Positions 42,071 to 55,883 of a DNA stretch of 64,000 nt are shown piece by piece; within the stretch, counting starts at the first letter, position 1; each line of letters starts with the position of its first letter. The notes under the pieces were generated by a model. The model saw only the letters and a list, made by a program, of their open reading frames with translations, searched no databases and was not told where the DNA came from. The position numbers and the translations under genes were made by a program. This stretch comes from Octopus sinensis (Eukaryota). The stretch lies in contig NC_042997.1 in assembly GCF_006345805.1 (NCBI RefSeq), positions 148,986,001 to 149,050,000 of the forward strand, read 5' to 3'.

Positions 42071-43327
42071 ACTTTGATACTTTGATACTTTGATAGGTTT
42101 CGGCCATTATGGCCCAGGCCATGTCTAACTTAATAGCACCACCTGGTGAAGTCTTTCAAGTCAGAATTTGGGCACTATGGCCCACTCAAGTAGAGAGTTA
42201 TTGTTTACAGAGACATATCCGGGTGTAGGGGGTTTATCCGGGATTTCTTGAAGGAATCTGTCCAAAGACTTCTTGAACCCTATAGGGTCAGTTTCTGTTT
42301 TAATGTGTTTTGGTGTAATGTTAAAGAGAGCGGGGCCAATTGAGGTGAAATAATTGTGCCGTATTGTTGTTATGAGATGAGAGTGCGATTTTTGTTTTGG
42401 GCGGATGGCACGGGGCCCAAGCCTTGGATGTACCTTAAAGGTGATGCCAACATCATTTGGGCAATGCTGATGGAATATTTTCCACATCATGCAGATGATG
42501 TAGCGCTCACGACGACGTTGGAGAGAATAGAGTTTTAGCTTTTCTAGTCGACCCCAATAGTCGAGGCCTGTCATGCCATCTATCTTTTTGTGATTGCCCT
42601 TTGAGGTGCTTCAACTTTTATGATACCTTGTATTGTGTGGGGAGACCACAGTGGACAACAGTATTCAAGGTGGGGTCGGGCAAAAGTGGAGAAGAGAAGG
42701 ATAATGGTGTGGATATCTCTCGACTGGAAAGTTCTGAGAATCCAGGAACACATTCTGCGGGCCATGTCAACTTTGGTGTTTATATGAGTGGCCCAGCTTA
42801 CGTTGTTGTCCACAATTACTCCCAAGTCTCTGATGTTGTTGGACGCCGCGAGAGTTTCACCTGAAGGAAGGGAGTATGGGAGTTTCAGGGCATCCTCTTT
42901 TTCAAAGTGGATTAGCTCAAATTTATCCTCGTTCAGCAGCATATTGTTTTTTTCTGCCCATTGGATAACAGCCAGTAGATCTGACTGAAGGCATGTCCGG
43001 TCACTCGCCTCATTTATGACCTTCTGTAGCTTGGAGTCATCTGCAAAGATTTTTATGTTGCTGTGCTTGATGATGTCATTAATGTCATTAATGTAAATGA
43101 TGAAAAGAAGTGGGCCCAGCACAGTGCCTTGCGGAACGCCACTACTGACTTTGGCTGGGCTTGATTTTACCCCTTCAACTACAACATGTTGAGGTCTGTC
43201 TGTCAGGAAACACTTAATCCATTTCAGTAACTTTCCAGAGACACCAATGTTGGATAGTTTTTTCAATAGGATCTTGTGATCGACCCTGTCGAAGGCCTTA
43301 CTGAAATCAAGGTAGATGACATCGGTG
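42069..43327 (-). mobile_element. 5'-truncated CR1/L2-group LINE (RT C-terminal half) with (ATCAAAGT)n tail
   Basis: YLDFSKAFDRVDH, SGVPQGTVLGPLLF, IFADDSKL, YSLQRRRER and PDKP.TPGY..NNSL. One frameshift near 42577 joins ORFs 42580-43266 and 42161-42574; flanked by (TA)n. Confidence 0.92.
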
Positions 43328-45182
43328 TATATATATGCATATATATATATATATATATATATGCATATATATATCTATAATACATATATATATATGCAAT
43401 ATATATATATATATATATGTAATTATATGTATCATCTATACACACTAATATACTAATATATATATTATATATGTTTGTGTAAAGGATGTTTATGTGCGTG
43501 TGGGTGTGCGTGTGTGTATGCGCATATATATGTGCGCGCGCGTGCTTGTACATTGCGTATACGTTCAGAAATTAAATTAAAATTGCTCCCCTGGTGACTG
43601 CTGTCTACTAACGTCAGTACCAAGATTTGAAAATATGTTTGTGCAACAATTTTCCAATTTGATCATGTTCATCCTTATCGACGTTGTTGAATAAATAATT
43701 CATCCATTACATTGGCTGACCTTTTCTTTTTTTACCTGCCTGCTGTTTTGACATGCCTTTCACTCTGCTATGTTTTATACCACAGGAATATTCACAGGAA
43801 ATATCCAGACTGCTATAAAGCTCGTTGCTTAATCGACGGTGTCTGATGAGCAAAATCAAATCAATATTCTCCGTCAATAACCTCAATTAATCTTCTTAAT
43901 CGATACTCTTACATCAATAGTAATTTCTTTTTTTTTTACAATAGCCACAGACAAAGATGCATCAATAATTTCAAGTTATTTTACATTTTCCTGTAATTCA
44001 ACTTCGCTATTACAAAGCATTATAGTCAATTAAAGACGCTAGATTAATAACACGACCATAATTCTACCATAAAGGTAATAAAATTAAATAGGGTAACGAA
44101 AACCAATAAATTACAGTCAGAGATCTTGTGCTATTAACCCGTCATCAATAAGGTTTGAAGAGTAATCTTTGATCGACTATCCCATATAAATGACGTCATT
44201 TTACATAGCTTTGATGATCAACTTTTATATTTGCCAATATGCGATCTTCTTCAATAACCTTTGCTATTAATCTATAGAACTGTCGTGTTATAATTTAGTT
44301 ATTCAATGTTGGATCACTCTTCTGATAACTATAAATTACAACGGTTGCTGCTTAAAGTGGCTGTTATCTACGTAAAATGTAAAATCAGTGTAATCAATTA
44401 CACACCAATAAGCTCATATATCCTGATTTGACGGAGCATTATCTCTTTTAAATAATTTGAGGGTAATTACATCAAGATATTAAATACATAACTCGGATTT
44501 TTTAGTGATGCAGTAATAACGATCGAATGTATTAAAAACTATGCTGTAGTTGTCGCTTACAAATACTACATGGTACATTATTAGTCATGATACGATAGAA
44601 CGAAATAGTTAACGAATAATAAATATAGCCCATCGCTTCGCAATTTTCGGATGATGTTGGTAAATGAAATGTTCGAGTTGATACATTCATAATTCTATTA
44701 ATTAGTTCATCCGAATATGGCATTAAATTTCATGATTTGTTGTACAGGAATGAAACAAATTACAATAATCTAAGATTGTTTGAAATACCTTGACATGGTA
44801 TGTATCACAAAACTAAGGTTATATCCGATGCTCTACCTTCACTAAATTTACGTTTCCTTTGTAATACGTAAAAGTCAATAGTGGTAGAATAACACTGACA
44901 ATTCGATAATGCTAAACTCATCTGTAGCAGTGGCGTGTACTTTACGAACTAATAACATACTGACTTCATCTGTAATCAATAATATACATCATGTTCACTA
45001 GTGAATCAATACAATGAAATGCATAATAAATATTAGGACGAAGCAAAATAATACCTCATAAAATCGATAAACAAATGTACAATTATTGAATGCTAAGATA
45101 ATTCTATTTACTGAATGTCCTCAAATACCATATGAGCATATGGAGAATAATACTTGAAAGTTCTGCACATTTTAAATGGCTT

Positions 45183-45260
<78 letters not shown>

Positions 45261-45278
45261 GAATATGTATGTGTATAT

Positions 45279-45329
<51 letters not shown>

Positions 45330-45539
45330 TGATATAAGGCTACGTATTTTATAATTATAATTCTTTGGTACTTTTGAGTTTTAAGTGTCATGATAGTTGT
45401 TGAAATTCAAAATGGCTGACGACTAGCATTACACTTGAAACTCAAGTGTACCAACAAATTTGAATCAAACTGCTTTGATTCATACATATAACTCACTCTA
45501 AATTGGTTGAGTGCCCTTCTTTCATTTGTCCACTCACTC

Positions 45540-45574
<35 letters not shown>

Positions 45575-45581
<7 letters not shown>

Positions 45582-45847
45582 TAAATATTAGGGAATAAAT
45601 CCAAATTTACAGGGAAAAAATCAGATTTAGGATTAAATCCAATTTTATAGTAAAATATTATAAAATATTATTAGAGACAAAACCACTATTTTGCAAAACA
45701 AACAAGGAAAGACTTAATCAATACATAAAATTTTAATAAATAGTCAAAAAAACTCTTTTTGACTATTTATTAAAATTTTATGTATTGATTAAGTCTTTCC
45801 TTGTTTGTTTTGCAAAATAGTGGTTTTGTCTCTAATAATATTTTATA
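45575..45847. repeat. Perfect 92-bp-arm fold-back in (TA)n with one-sided tail; probable minimal PLE insertion
   Basis: 45659-45750 is the exact reverse complement of 45756-45847 (5-nt loop AACTC); about 84 nt of unpaired tail on the left up to (TA)n. Confidence 0.85.
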
Positions 45848-45852
45848 TATAC

Positions 45853-45921
<69 letters not shown>

Positions 45922-46734
45922 TCTATGGACCTTGCAGAGGACTCTTTCGACAAAATTCGAAAGATTACACCTTTTTTCTGTAGAGAAAGAAATTTTTTCC
46001 TTAACAACATTCAGTGGAATTCTTTAATACGACTTCGAATATATGTCACGTACGTTTGAACTAGTACCAAATTTCTATGTCTACACACCATTGCTTAGCG
46101 CTTCTAATCCCCATACATAACTACAGAGAGAGTCAGACAGACACAGACACATACACAAACATACATACGCTCGCACATGAATACTGTCATTATATAGGTT
46201 TATATGTTGGAAGTCTGTGCGCGTTACGGGTTTGTGTACATAAGCGATATTAGAATAAGTCATAATTCCTGAATCGACAAAAAGCTGTATTATTGTAATT
46301 CAGGTCTATACAGACCAATATATCGACTCAAATATATTACATTGCATATTTTATTAACCTCGTATTACTAAAATTAATTTCGCCCTCATTATATCAAATT
46401 CAGAAATATGGTAATGCAAACGCATATTGTAATATATAGAATGTGGCGGTATTTCCATTCTGCCGTTTGCACAGTAACTATAAATAATGTATGTCCAAGT
46501 GTATGTTTCGTATTTGATGAATATGCTGCATAACTTGGGCACTAGTTGAACATGTATATGCTTCGAGATAAAGCCGGTGATTATTAATCGAGATACATTT
46601 AGAAGTTTTTTGCTCACAAAATCACAGATTTTATGTCAAACTCTCACCCATTATATGAAAATAACACTTTCAAGGCTTAAATCGATCAGTAGAGTTACAA
46701 CAGTAATTGAAGATAAAAGTATAAATTTTCATAT

Positions 46735-47093
46735 CGTGGCTGTGTGGTAAGAAGTTCACTTCACAACCACGCGGTTCCGAGTTCAGCCCCATTGTATGGC
46801 ACCTTGGAGAAATGTCTTCAACTATAGCCTCTAGCTGACCAATGCTTTTTAAGTGGATCTGGATATGTATGTATATGTACTTATGTATGTATTTATGTAT
46901 GCATTTTTGTGCATGGGTTTGTTTCTCATCACTGCCTGACAACCGCTGTTGGTATGATTGCGTCCCAGTAACATAGCTGTTCGGCAAAAGTGACCGAGAG
47001 AATAATTGTCAGGCTTGAAAAATCGTAGTTGATTTGTTCAACTAATATCTTCAACACGGTGCCCTAGCTCCAATGACTGAAGCAAATAAAAGA
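46735..47093 (+). mobile_element. tRNA-SINE family 1, diverged
   Basis: GTGGCTGTGTGGTAAGAAG...GGTTCCGAGTTCAGCCCC..GGCACCTTGGAGAAATGTCTTC. Confidence 0.85.
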
Positions 47094-48314
47094 TTGAAAT
47101 ATTTGTATGCGGATGCACCAAAACTTGTTTGCATATATGCCTAATATTATAAAATGAATAACATGATATCAATGGAATCATATATGCATTCCGATTTTAC
47201 TTAATAATAGTTTATTAGATTCGATGACTTTTCTTTAGAAGGAAAGGTGTTTATTTCAAGTTAAGCCGGCTGTAAGAAGGAAAATAACGCAACATCATCG
47301 ATCGTAATGTATGGTAGATATTTTCTTTTAGTTATTTGGCAAATGTGATTGGATTCTCGTAATGGCGTATAGCAAATTACTATTTGGTTTGCTTTCGTTT
47401 ATATCTAATGGGTTTTCGATTAGTATAGTATCAAATGAATTCCGATACACAGTTAAGCTAGATACGCAACTTAAACATGAAATGATTTCACAAAAAGAAA
47501 GAGAAAGCAAGAACGACAAGTATCTATCGCTAGGTAGTAATAGCTTAATGAACAAAAAGAGACGATATGGTTTTGCTGTTTGGACGCTGGTAATTGGCCA
47601 CTTCGGATCGGACATTAAAAACATGTTTTAGCGATCACCATTTTTGTGACTGTAAATTCTGGCACTGGAAGTGACTACAAACACATGCGGGTAGAGAATT
47701 GCACGCATTCAGATATAAAGAGTGAGTCGGGACATTATATTGTTATTAATTGAGTGAGAAGGATATTAACAAACTTACTTTCGTCATGCACATGAGGATA
47801 ATTATTCTTAGATACGTAAACAATGACAAAAAACCCCCGAAAAACATCGATAGGGAGAGAATGAGATAAGTATTAAGATATATTAAATGATCAGGATTAC
47901 TACAAATATTTCCCCTCTTAACAAATGCATAAATCACACACGCAGCAACAAACAGAATAAGTGAGGAGAGAGATAGAGAGAGAAGGAGAGGGGATGCGAG
48001 AGAGAGACAGAGAATCAGAGAGAGACGTATATGTAGTTTCTGGGTCATTTGATACATCTTGATGCTTCTCTTTCTCTCTCTTTCTCTCTCTCTCTATATC
48101 TCTATCTATATATGTTACTCCGTTTTTCTAATCACAGTGCTTAGGTTTATATTCATTGTCAGTTATACTCTGTCAAAGATGTACAGAAACCCATTGTGAG
48201 TAACAACCTTTTTTCTAGTTTTTTTTTCTCAAAATTTCAAGAAACATCATATATGTAAAATGAAGAAGATATCTAAGCTTTAGTAGACAAGTAGTTTACG
48301 GTTTGTGATTATAA

Positions 48315-49187
48315 GTTAGTTGTCAAACAGATAAAACAAATTCACACTAACAAAAAAGATCCCTGGCTCAAAACGTCTGATATCAAGTAAGTTACGACGA
48401 ATTGCCTTGCCAAATAGGCGGAACCAAAACGGCTGTAGCAAAACGTTTCATACCCTTAAGGTGGCAATCTGGTAGTATTTCATCCATCTTTGCGTTCTGA
48501 GGTCAAATTTCGCTGAGGTCCTATAATCCGACAAAATGTGGTGATAAAATATTTGCCATCATAAAGGATCTGCAACGAATGATTTCTTTGTATTGTCACT
48601 GTTTACAGCACTAGAGATATTCAGAGGCTAAATTGATGCCACCTTTAAATTCCTTGCCACTCCTTTACTGGATGAAAAAGAGTTATTTCAAGTAAGCTGT
48701 AAATACCTTGTTATCAATAACTTAATTTATCCTACAAAGCAATGTTAAAAAGAATAGAAGCGTTGGCTCAGTTTGAAATATTGTAAATCACGTGAGAAAT
48801 TTGAGTTCGACCTCATTGATCCTTAAATAGAATACGCTAGTCGAATTAAACTAAACGAGTGGCATTCCTATGCATGAACAAGTATGAAAATATCCTTTAC
48901 ATGAACGAAATACTGTGAAAAATTTTTCAAAAGGACTGAATAACGCGTTCAAAACGTTACCTCACACATAAAACATTTTTAAAGACGCCAAAAGTACAAT
49001 GGCTAAATACGTTCAGGCAATAGCAACTAAAATAGAAACATCTCAGACATTCAGACAATTATGGAGAATGAATTCATGAGTGAAATAGCTACATTAAAAC
49101 GATTCACTATACCGTTCTTAATTTAAATGCAGAGTCATCAAATACCATATGTTAGTTGTCAAACAGATAAAACAAATTCACACTAAC
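48315..49187 (+). repeat. 37-bp perfect direct repeat (48315-48351 and 49151-49187)
   Basis: GTTAGTTGTCAAACAGATAAAACAAATTCACACTAAC occurs twice, 836 bp apart. Confidence 0.95.
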
Positions 49188-49440
49188 GACAATACTGGAC
49201 TAGTACAATACTGGACTAGTACAAAGAAAATATGCCTAAAATGTAGAAATCGGCGGGAATTTAGCAGATATTACACAGAGCCGATTGACATTTCTTCCCG
49301 ATGCTTTACTTATTCTGCCAGCACGCCATCCTGTAAGAGAGTAATCGCGAAAATAGATTTACAATTACAAGCATTAAATGAAATAAAACACTAGTGAAGA
49401 CTTAAAAGATATGTTTATAATATACATATCATAATGCATA

Positions 49441-49597
49441 GGCGTAGGAGAGGCTGTGTAGAAAGTAGCTTCCTTACCAACCACATGGCTCCGGGTTCAC
49501 ACCCATTGCGTGGCACCTTGGGCAAGTGTCTTCTACTATAACCTCGGGTCGACCTTGTGAGTGGATTCGGTAGACGGAAACTGAAAGAATCCCGTCG

Positions 49598-49670
<73 letters not shown>

Positions 49671-49875
49671 TTTTTGTGTTTGTCCCCAAAAAACATCGCT
49701 TGACAACCGGTGCTGGTGTGTTTACATCCCCGTAACTTAGCTGTTCGGAATAGCGACCGATAGAATAAGTACTAGGCTTACAAAGAATAAGTCATGGGGT
49801 CGATTTGCGCGACTAAAGCCGGTACTCCAGCATGACCACAGTAAAATGACTGAAACAAGAAAAAGAGCAAAGAGT
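49441..49875 (+). mobile_element. tRNA-SINE family 1
   Basis: Same head, CORE-like block, internal (TA)n(TG)n and tail as 2448. Confidence 0.9.
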
Positions 49876-50714
49876 AAGATCTAAAATAAAAATCTGCAAG
49901 TTTATTCTCAACACGGCTAGGCAGATTCATACACAAAATACGTTGCCCGACAGGATGTCTGTCTTAGGAAAAAAACTAGTCCCTTTTAAGACAGCAGTGT
50001 GTTCAACAGAATTATCTCAGTGGTGCACGTATTCTAGGAAGCCATATTGTGTTTCGTGAACTAAAAGTAACCGGAACTCTGTGACAAACTAAATACGCTG
50101 GTGTTATTTATACTTTCGGTGAACAAATCCTTTTCTGATCTTCCAACTCATAAAAAAAAATGTCATTTGCACCTTCTACAGCGAAATTTAGAATGAATAT
50201 TTGCTTCTTTATTCTTAACAAAATATGCAGGGCGCTAAATAGTAAGTCTTAAGAGAATAACGTCTTTTTTTACGACAACTTTTTTTAAATAATCATTCCA
50301 GATCTCGCTGTTGACGGTACAAATAATATTTTCTTTTTATCGATTTGCAGATATAAGCATCGATCAGCAACTAATTTTGATGAGATAAAAATAAACATAC
50401 AAATATTCACACGCCCAAATATGTGAAGAACAAAAATAGCCCAACTCACATCATAATGCAATTGCGTTAACTGTGACTTCAATTGACTCCACTAAAATTT
50501 TGAGACACGACAACTTCCGTTTACACACAAGCAAGTCACACGCGTCATATTTGCGGACATACATATCTATATATCACTGTGTCCATATATGACTGTATGT
50601 GCTTTAGCATGAATGTGTGTATGTGTGCATGTGTGTGTATGTGTGTATGTCTGTGTATGAATGTGTATGTGTGTGCGTGTGTGCGTGCAGAAAAGCACAT
50701 GGATTATTGGCAGG

Positions 50715-50926
50715 ATATTCGGCTCACAATCGTTAACTTGTGAGTTTGATATCCGGCGGCGTCGTGTTTCCTTCAGCAAGGCACTTTATTTCACATAGAA
50801 CCAATACGCTGAGCTGGGAAAACTAAGTTGTACTAATAATTTAAAGGCCCAGGGTTGACACATTCTGTGTCACGCTGAGTCTCCCTGAGAACTAAGATAA
50901 GATTACATGTGTCAGTGGAGTGCTAA
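50715..50926 (+). mobile_element. Decayed SINE sharing the 3' tail of the 16004 copy but with a different head/core
   Basis: CAGCAAGGCACTTTATTTCAC core followed by CACATTCTGTGTCACGCTGAGTCTCCCTGAGAACT...GTGGAGTGCT. Confidence 0.6.
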
Positions 50927-50957
50927 AGAATATTATATAAACATATATGCATACGTA

Positions 50958-51080
<123 letters not shown>

Positions 51081-51389
51081 ATATACTTATATATATATTC
51101 AAAATAAGCAACATGAATGACTCCGGTAATTTGGTACGATCGTTTCGTACTACATCATTTTATTAAATGTTGTTAGTATCACAACAGTTTTAAAATGCTG
51201 AGCACTCATCAGCCAATTATAGAGGTTTTCCATTAATACAAAAATTTTCATATCAAGTGGCAACATTAGAGAGAAGGTAGATACATAGACACAGATGTTT
51301 TATGGATAACACCATACAGAATTCTGGTGCATCTAAATTAAGTACCATATTCATTTGAATCTAAATTTTTGCTGCACACACACACACAC

Positions 51390-51458
<69 letters not shown>

Positions 51459-51459
51459 C

Positions 51460-51510
<51 letters not shown>

Positions 51511-51517
51511 ATATATA

Positions 51518-51760
51518 ACGGGAAGGTTTACGAAAATAAACAAAAGACGAAGGCAGGTGGAGTACAAACAAACAAATGTATTAGTATGGCGCTCAGCAAT
51601 AGAAATAGAACAAGTCTTTTGCGTTTCGAGCCTACGCTCTTAGACAGAAAGATACACAGAAAAGAAACAAGGAGAGAAAAAATGCGTGTAGGAGCTAACG
51701 GTCTATCATGGCGTTCTGACTTCAGGCAGAAGTCAGAGGTCAGACGTTAGACGCTAGAGG
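51518..51760 (-). mobile_element. PLE-type 3' end fragment in (TA)n
   Basis: Homolog of 10300-10525; degenerate hammerhead-like motif at 51651-51616. Confidence 0.6.
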
Positions 51761-51876
51761 GATATATATGTGTGTATGCGTGTGTATGCGTGTGTGTTGT
51801 TTGTGCGGTTTAGCTCCCCATCTTCTTTGCATCGATAGATACCTTAATCATACGCGCATATGTAACACACACACGC

Positions 51877-51923
<47 letters not shown>

Positions 51924-54900
51924 ATATATATGTGTATATGTGTGTGTGTATATATGTGTGTGTGTATATATGTATGTATGTGTGTGTGTGTGTGTGTGTG
52001 CGTTTGTGTATATATATTATTATATGCAACACCTGTATATAAGTATTCAGAAATATTACCCAAAGCAGTTAATAGATATAACAATAGATAAATTATTCAT
52101 ACCATACGCATGTAGTATTATAATTATGATTTAGGCAGGTTGGCTCATGTATTCTCTTGAATAGTAGAAATATATGACCAAAATAATAGTGAAATATATG
52201 TCCAATCGAATATATTTGTTTTGTTGGCAGAACACAGCCAACATTCTGACTATTTTATTAAAACTTCTAAACACAAATATACTTTCTTTATCATTGATCT
52301 GATGTCTCTATCAATCTCTGTCACCATAGCATATTATTAACTGTCTTATCAATGTATTTCTAATGTTACAGACTGCCAAGCTAATAGAGCACTTTCAATT
52401 TTTACAAATACTCATACAGCATTCCTTAAATGTTTTCGGTATTGTAGCTTTTACATGAATGTAATGTATAGAAATTTCACCTCTTCGAAGCCGTGAGGTA
52501 GGGGCAATGTGTACCGCTTTGTGTTGTAGTATTGACTTGCAATGAACAATAGATTCAAGTACACAAGTACTTTGTAGTTTCAATACCGGTTTTCCAAAGG
52601 CATTGACTACACCATTCTTAGAATTCTTACGTAAATAGTTATAAAAACGGACAAGTAAATAAATTGTTTCTACTCGAAGACATTTCATAGACATTTTTGT
52701 TGTTAAAGAGGTCCTTTGTTCTACTCTACAGAAGGCAACAATCGCATCGTTTAATTTTGTCTTGTAGAGTTATGAATATTGGTTATGTAATTTTGTTGAA
52801 TTCAAGTTCAAATCAAATTGCTAAAATCGTAATATTTCAAGCTATTAAATTGTTTAGGTGAAATTTTTAATACAAAATATGTTTTGGCCACTAGGTAAAA
52901 ATCCCATGCACACTGCTGCTGAAAATATTTTTGGAATTGAGTGATGTATGTAATTTTCTCTAGGACATTAAGGAGAAGATAACTGAAAAGATGTTGAGAA
53001 GTGATGAAAGTCAAATCAAATGATCTTGAGCTGACTAATGTGGAATGCATTTTAGTTTTGATTTATAAGTGAGCAGAAACAATAGGAGTATGGGAAAATA
53101 TACTACGAAGAATATTTTGAACTGAGGTTTTATTTTCTTCTCCCTCCTGAAGTAAACAACTTGAAATCAAGAATTCAATTTTAGTAAAACAAGATGATGT
53201 AATAGCATCCAACTGCACCATCATGAAAAACATCGCATATCTACTTGTTTTGTTCAGCATAGTTTAATATTGACTAAATGTACAGGTATCAGAGAATAAT
53301 TAAAATCTAATTCATTAACTTTACGTCTTAAAATTTGAAAGAATGCAACTCTGAGTCAAGTTTGTAGCAGCTTTATGAGTTAATGTTTGTGTAAAATGAT
53401 CTCATAGAGATTCTCTTCATGAACTATTAATTATTACTTAATTAGCGTATTTCTAATTCTGAATATTCTTATTGAGCTTCATACAGGTCATAAGAAATAT
53501 TGCTTAATGTGGGTTAACTATTATATCATTAATAAAGTCACCTAAAATATGCACAAAAGAATATATCCCCTATTTATCTAGCTCATATGCAGTTGGAGAT
53601 TTTCTAAATATTTAAACTTCAAATTAAAATTGCTTCTACGACTAATACCACTGCCTCTGCTGTTGCTGCCGCCTCCGCTGTCCACACCCCGTGCAGTGAA
53701 TTGTTAACGATATTGCCTTAATCCTGAAGAAATGCATTCATTATATACCATCACATATTTTCTGAACACTTTTTTTTAATTGAATAATATAGGACTATAT
53801 TACATCTTAATGATGATGCTGAACGTTGTTGAAACAGGTATATATGAAATATTTTATAGAAAGAAAACTTCACTCTACTAATCATTTTTGCTTTTAGCAC
53901 AAAACTTGAAATTTCGGGAGATGGACACATCGATTTCATCGATTCCAATATTTGATAGGCACATATTTTGTCGGCCCCAGAATGATGAAAGGCAAAAATC
54001 GACCTCGGTGGCATGTGAACCCACAACGTATACTGAAAAGAAATCCTGGTAAACTTATTGTACGCTGTGTGCTAATGTTCTGCTGTCTTGAAAAATAAAT
54101 ATGTCTTTTGGTCCAATAAAAAACCTTGCAAAACGATTATTTCCCTATCCATAAAGGAAAAGAGTAAATTTATTTATTTATTATGTAATATAATAATTTC
54201 TTCTTAAATTGAACGGAAAAAGAAAAACAAGGCAATATAAAACAAATTACATAAGGTGATTATTTCGTTACAAACCAACACTGAATATTACTACTCGTGC
54301 TTAAGCAAACCGGTTTGTGTTTATAATCGAAGTCGCGGAAAATTGAATTTTACTCGTAAATCAGCTTATTTAGAATATAAGATTAACCAAGATGTTCTCA
54401 TACTAAAACAACCTACGAATAATTTAGCAAAATAATTGACATATACGTGTTGCGGCTTAAAAGGAGAGAAGTCTTCCATTCTACAGAAAAAATATAAAAA
54501 GATGTGTTCATCAGATTAAAAGAAATATTTCGGGAAATATTTCAAGATATATTATTTTACATTGAATTTTCTCAGAGAGTAAAAAAGATCAATGTGTGAA
54601 TTGAAATTGTTATGATCTATATAGGCATGTCTGAAGATGTAAGATACCAACCTACCATAAATTACTGAAATCGTGATCATTTTACTGAGGCTGTACGCCG
54701 TATAATGTTATCTTTTTGTTTCATGATTCAATGGAGATTAAACAGAAAACTAGATTGTAGGTGGCATCTGGTGCTGTGAAATCATATTACACTGAGTTCG
54801 CCTATTACTATCTTGGAATACTATCTTTTTTGTATTATTTAATTTCCTGTCATTTATTAATTATATAATTAAATAATGACAGGTATTCAATTAGAAAGTA

Positions 54901-55249
54901 ATTCAATAAACGAGTTTAAAATGCTCAACTGAGAATTAATTAAACTTCTTGTACATTTTGAGAAATATATATGAAATATTACAAAAATATAACACTGAGA
55001 AAACAGAAGCACCATTTCCTCATAAAAATGAAACAAAATACACATGTTAGTGATTAGTAATATTAAAGTCGTTTATACACTCTTAATGGATATTTACGTG
55101 AATTTAACTTCCGTTGAATAAATAATTGAGAAAAACGGAAATATACATCTGAATATAACTTAACTAAGTAAAATTCTGCAATAGAAAATCCACTAGAAAT
55201 AATAGATTTCTAAATCTCTCACAGAGATTTATGCAGTAGCAGCACGAAA

Positions 55250-55883
55250 AGTGACAGTATGTTGTCAATTTAATGTGACAGCCCCATGAAAGGGAAAAAT
55301 GTTACTGTTATTTAGCACTAGGAATCACCGTTTCCTGTTGGACTTGACACATTTCCTGTGTCCTTATGTTTTCAAAATTGAGACAAACACCTCCACCCAG
55401 AATGTAGAGGCTAGCTTCATCCTCAATCTGGAGTAGCATGGCCTGCCTATCCACCTTTGAAAACATATATATTTCAGGTGAAATACATTTACTGATTTTT
55501 GAAAATAGAAATAATAATTTCTAAATCTCTCATGAGAGTGTCGCAATACTGCTTAAATCTCTCTGAGACATTTCGAAATATATTATTTCTAGTTTGAAAA
55601 ATCAGCGAATGTATTTTAATTGAAATATATATATGTTTTCAAAGGCGGATATATATCGAGAGCTAGCAGGCCATGCTGCTCCAGACTGATGATGAGCAAT
55701 GACTCTGAAACAATCTCTGGTTTCTGGCTTTGCTGGGTGGAGGTGCTTGTCTCCACTTTGAAAACATAAGGACACAGAAAATGTGTCAAGTCCAACAGGA
55801 AATGGTGTTTCTTAGGGCTAAATAACAGTTGCATTCTTCCCTTTCATGGAGCTGTCACATTAACTTGACGACATACTATCACA
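55250..55883. mobile_element. Fold-back MITE-like element with ~300-bp imperfect inverted arms
   Basis: About 55250-55545 is a diverged reverse complement of about 55555-55883 (e.g. GGACTTGACACATTTCCTGTGTCCTTATGTTTTCAAA vs TTTGAAAACATAAGGACACAGAAAATGTGTCAAGTCC). Confidence 0.75.

Noticed and set aside
47362-47631. 89-aa ORF in unique DNA
   Set aside because: No recognisable domain or convincing splice context; the length is compatible with chance.
52395-52694. 99-aa minus-strand ORF
   Set aside because: No recognisable motif in any frame.
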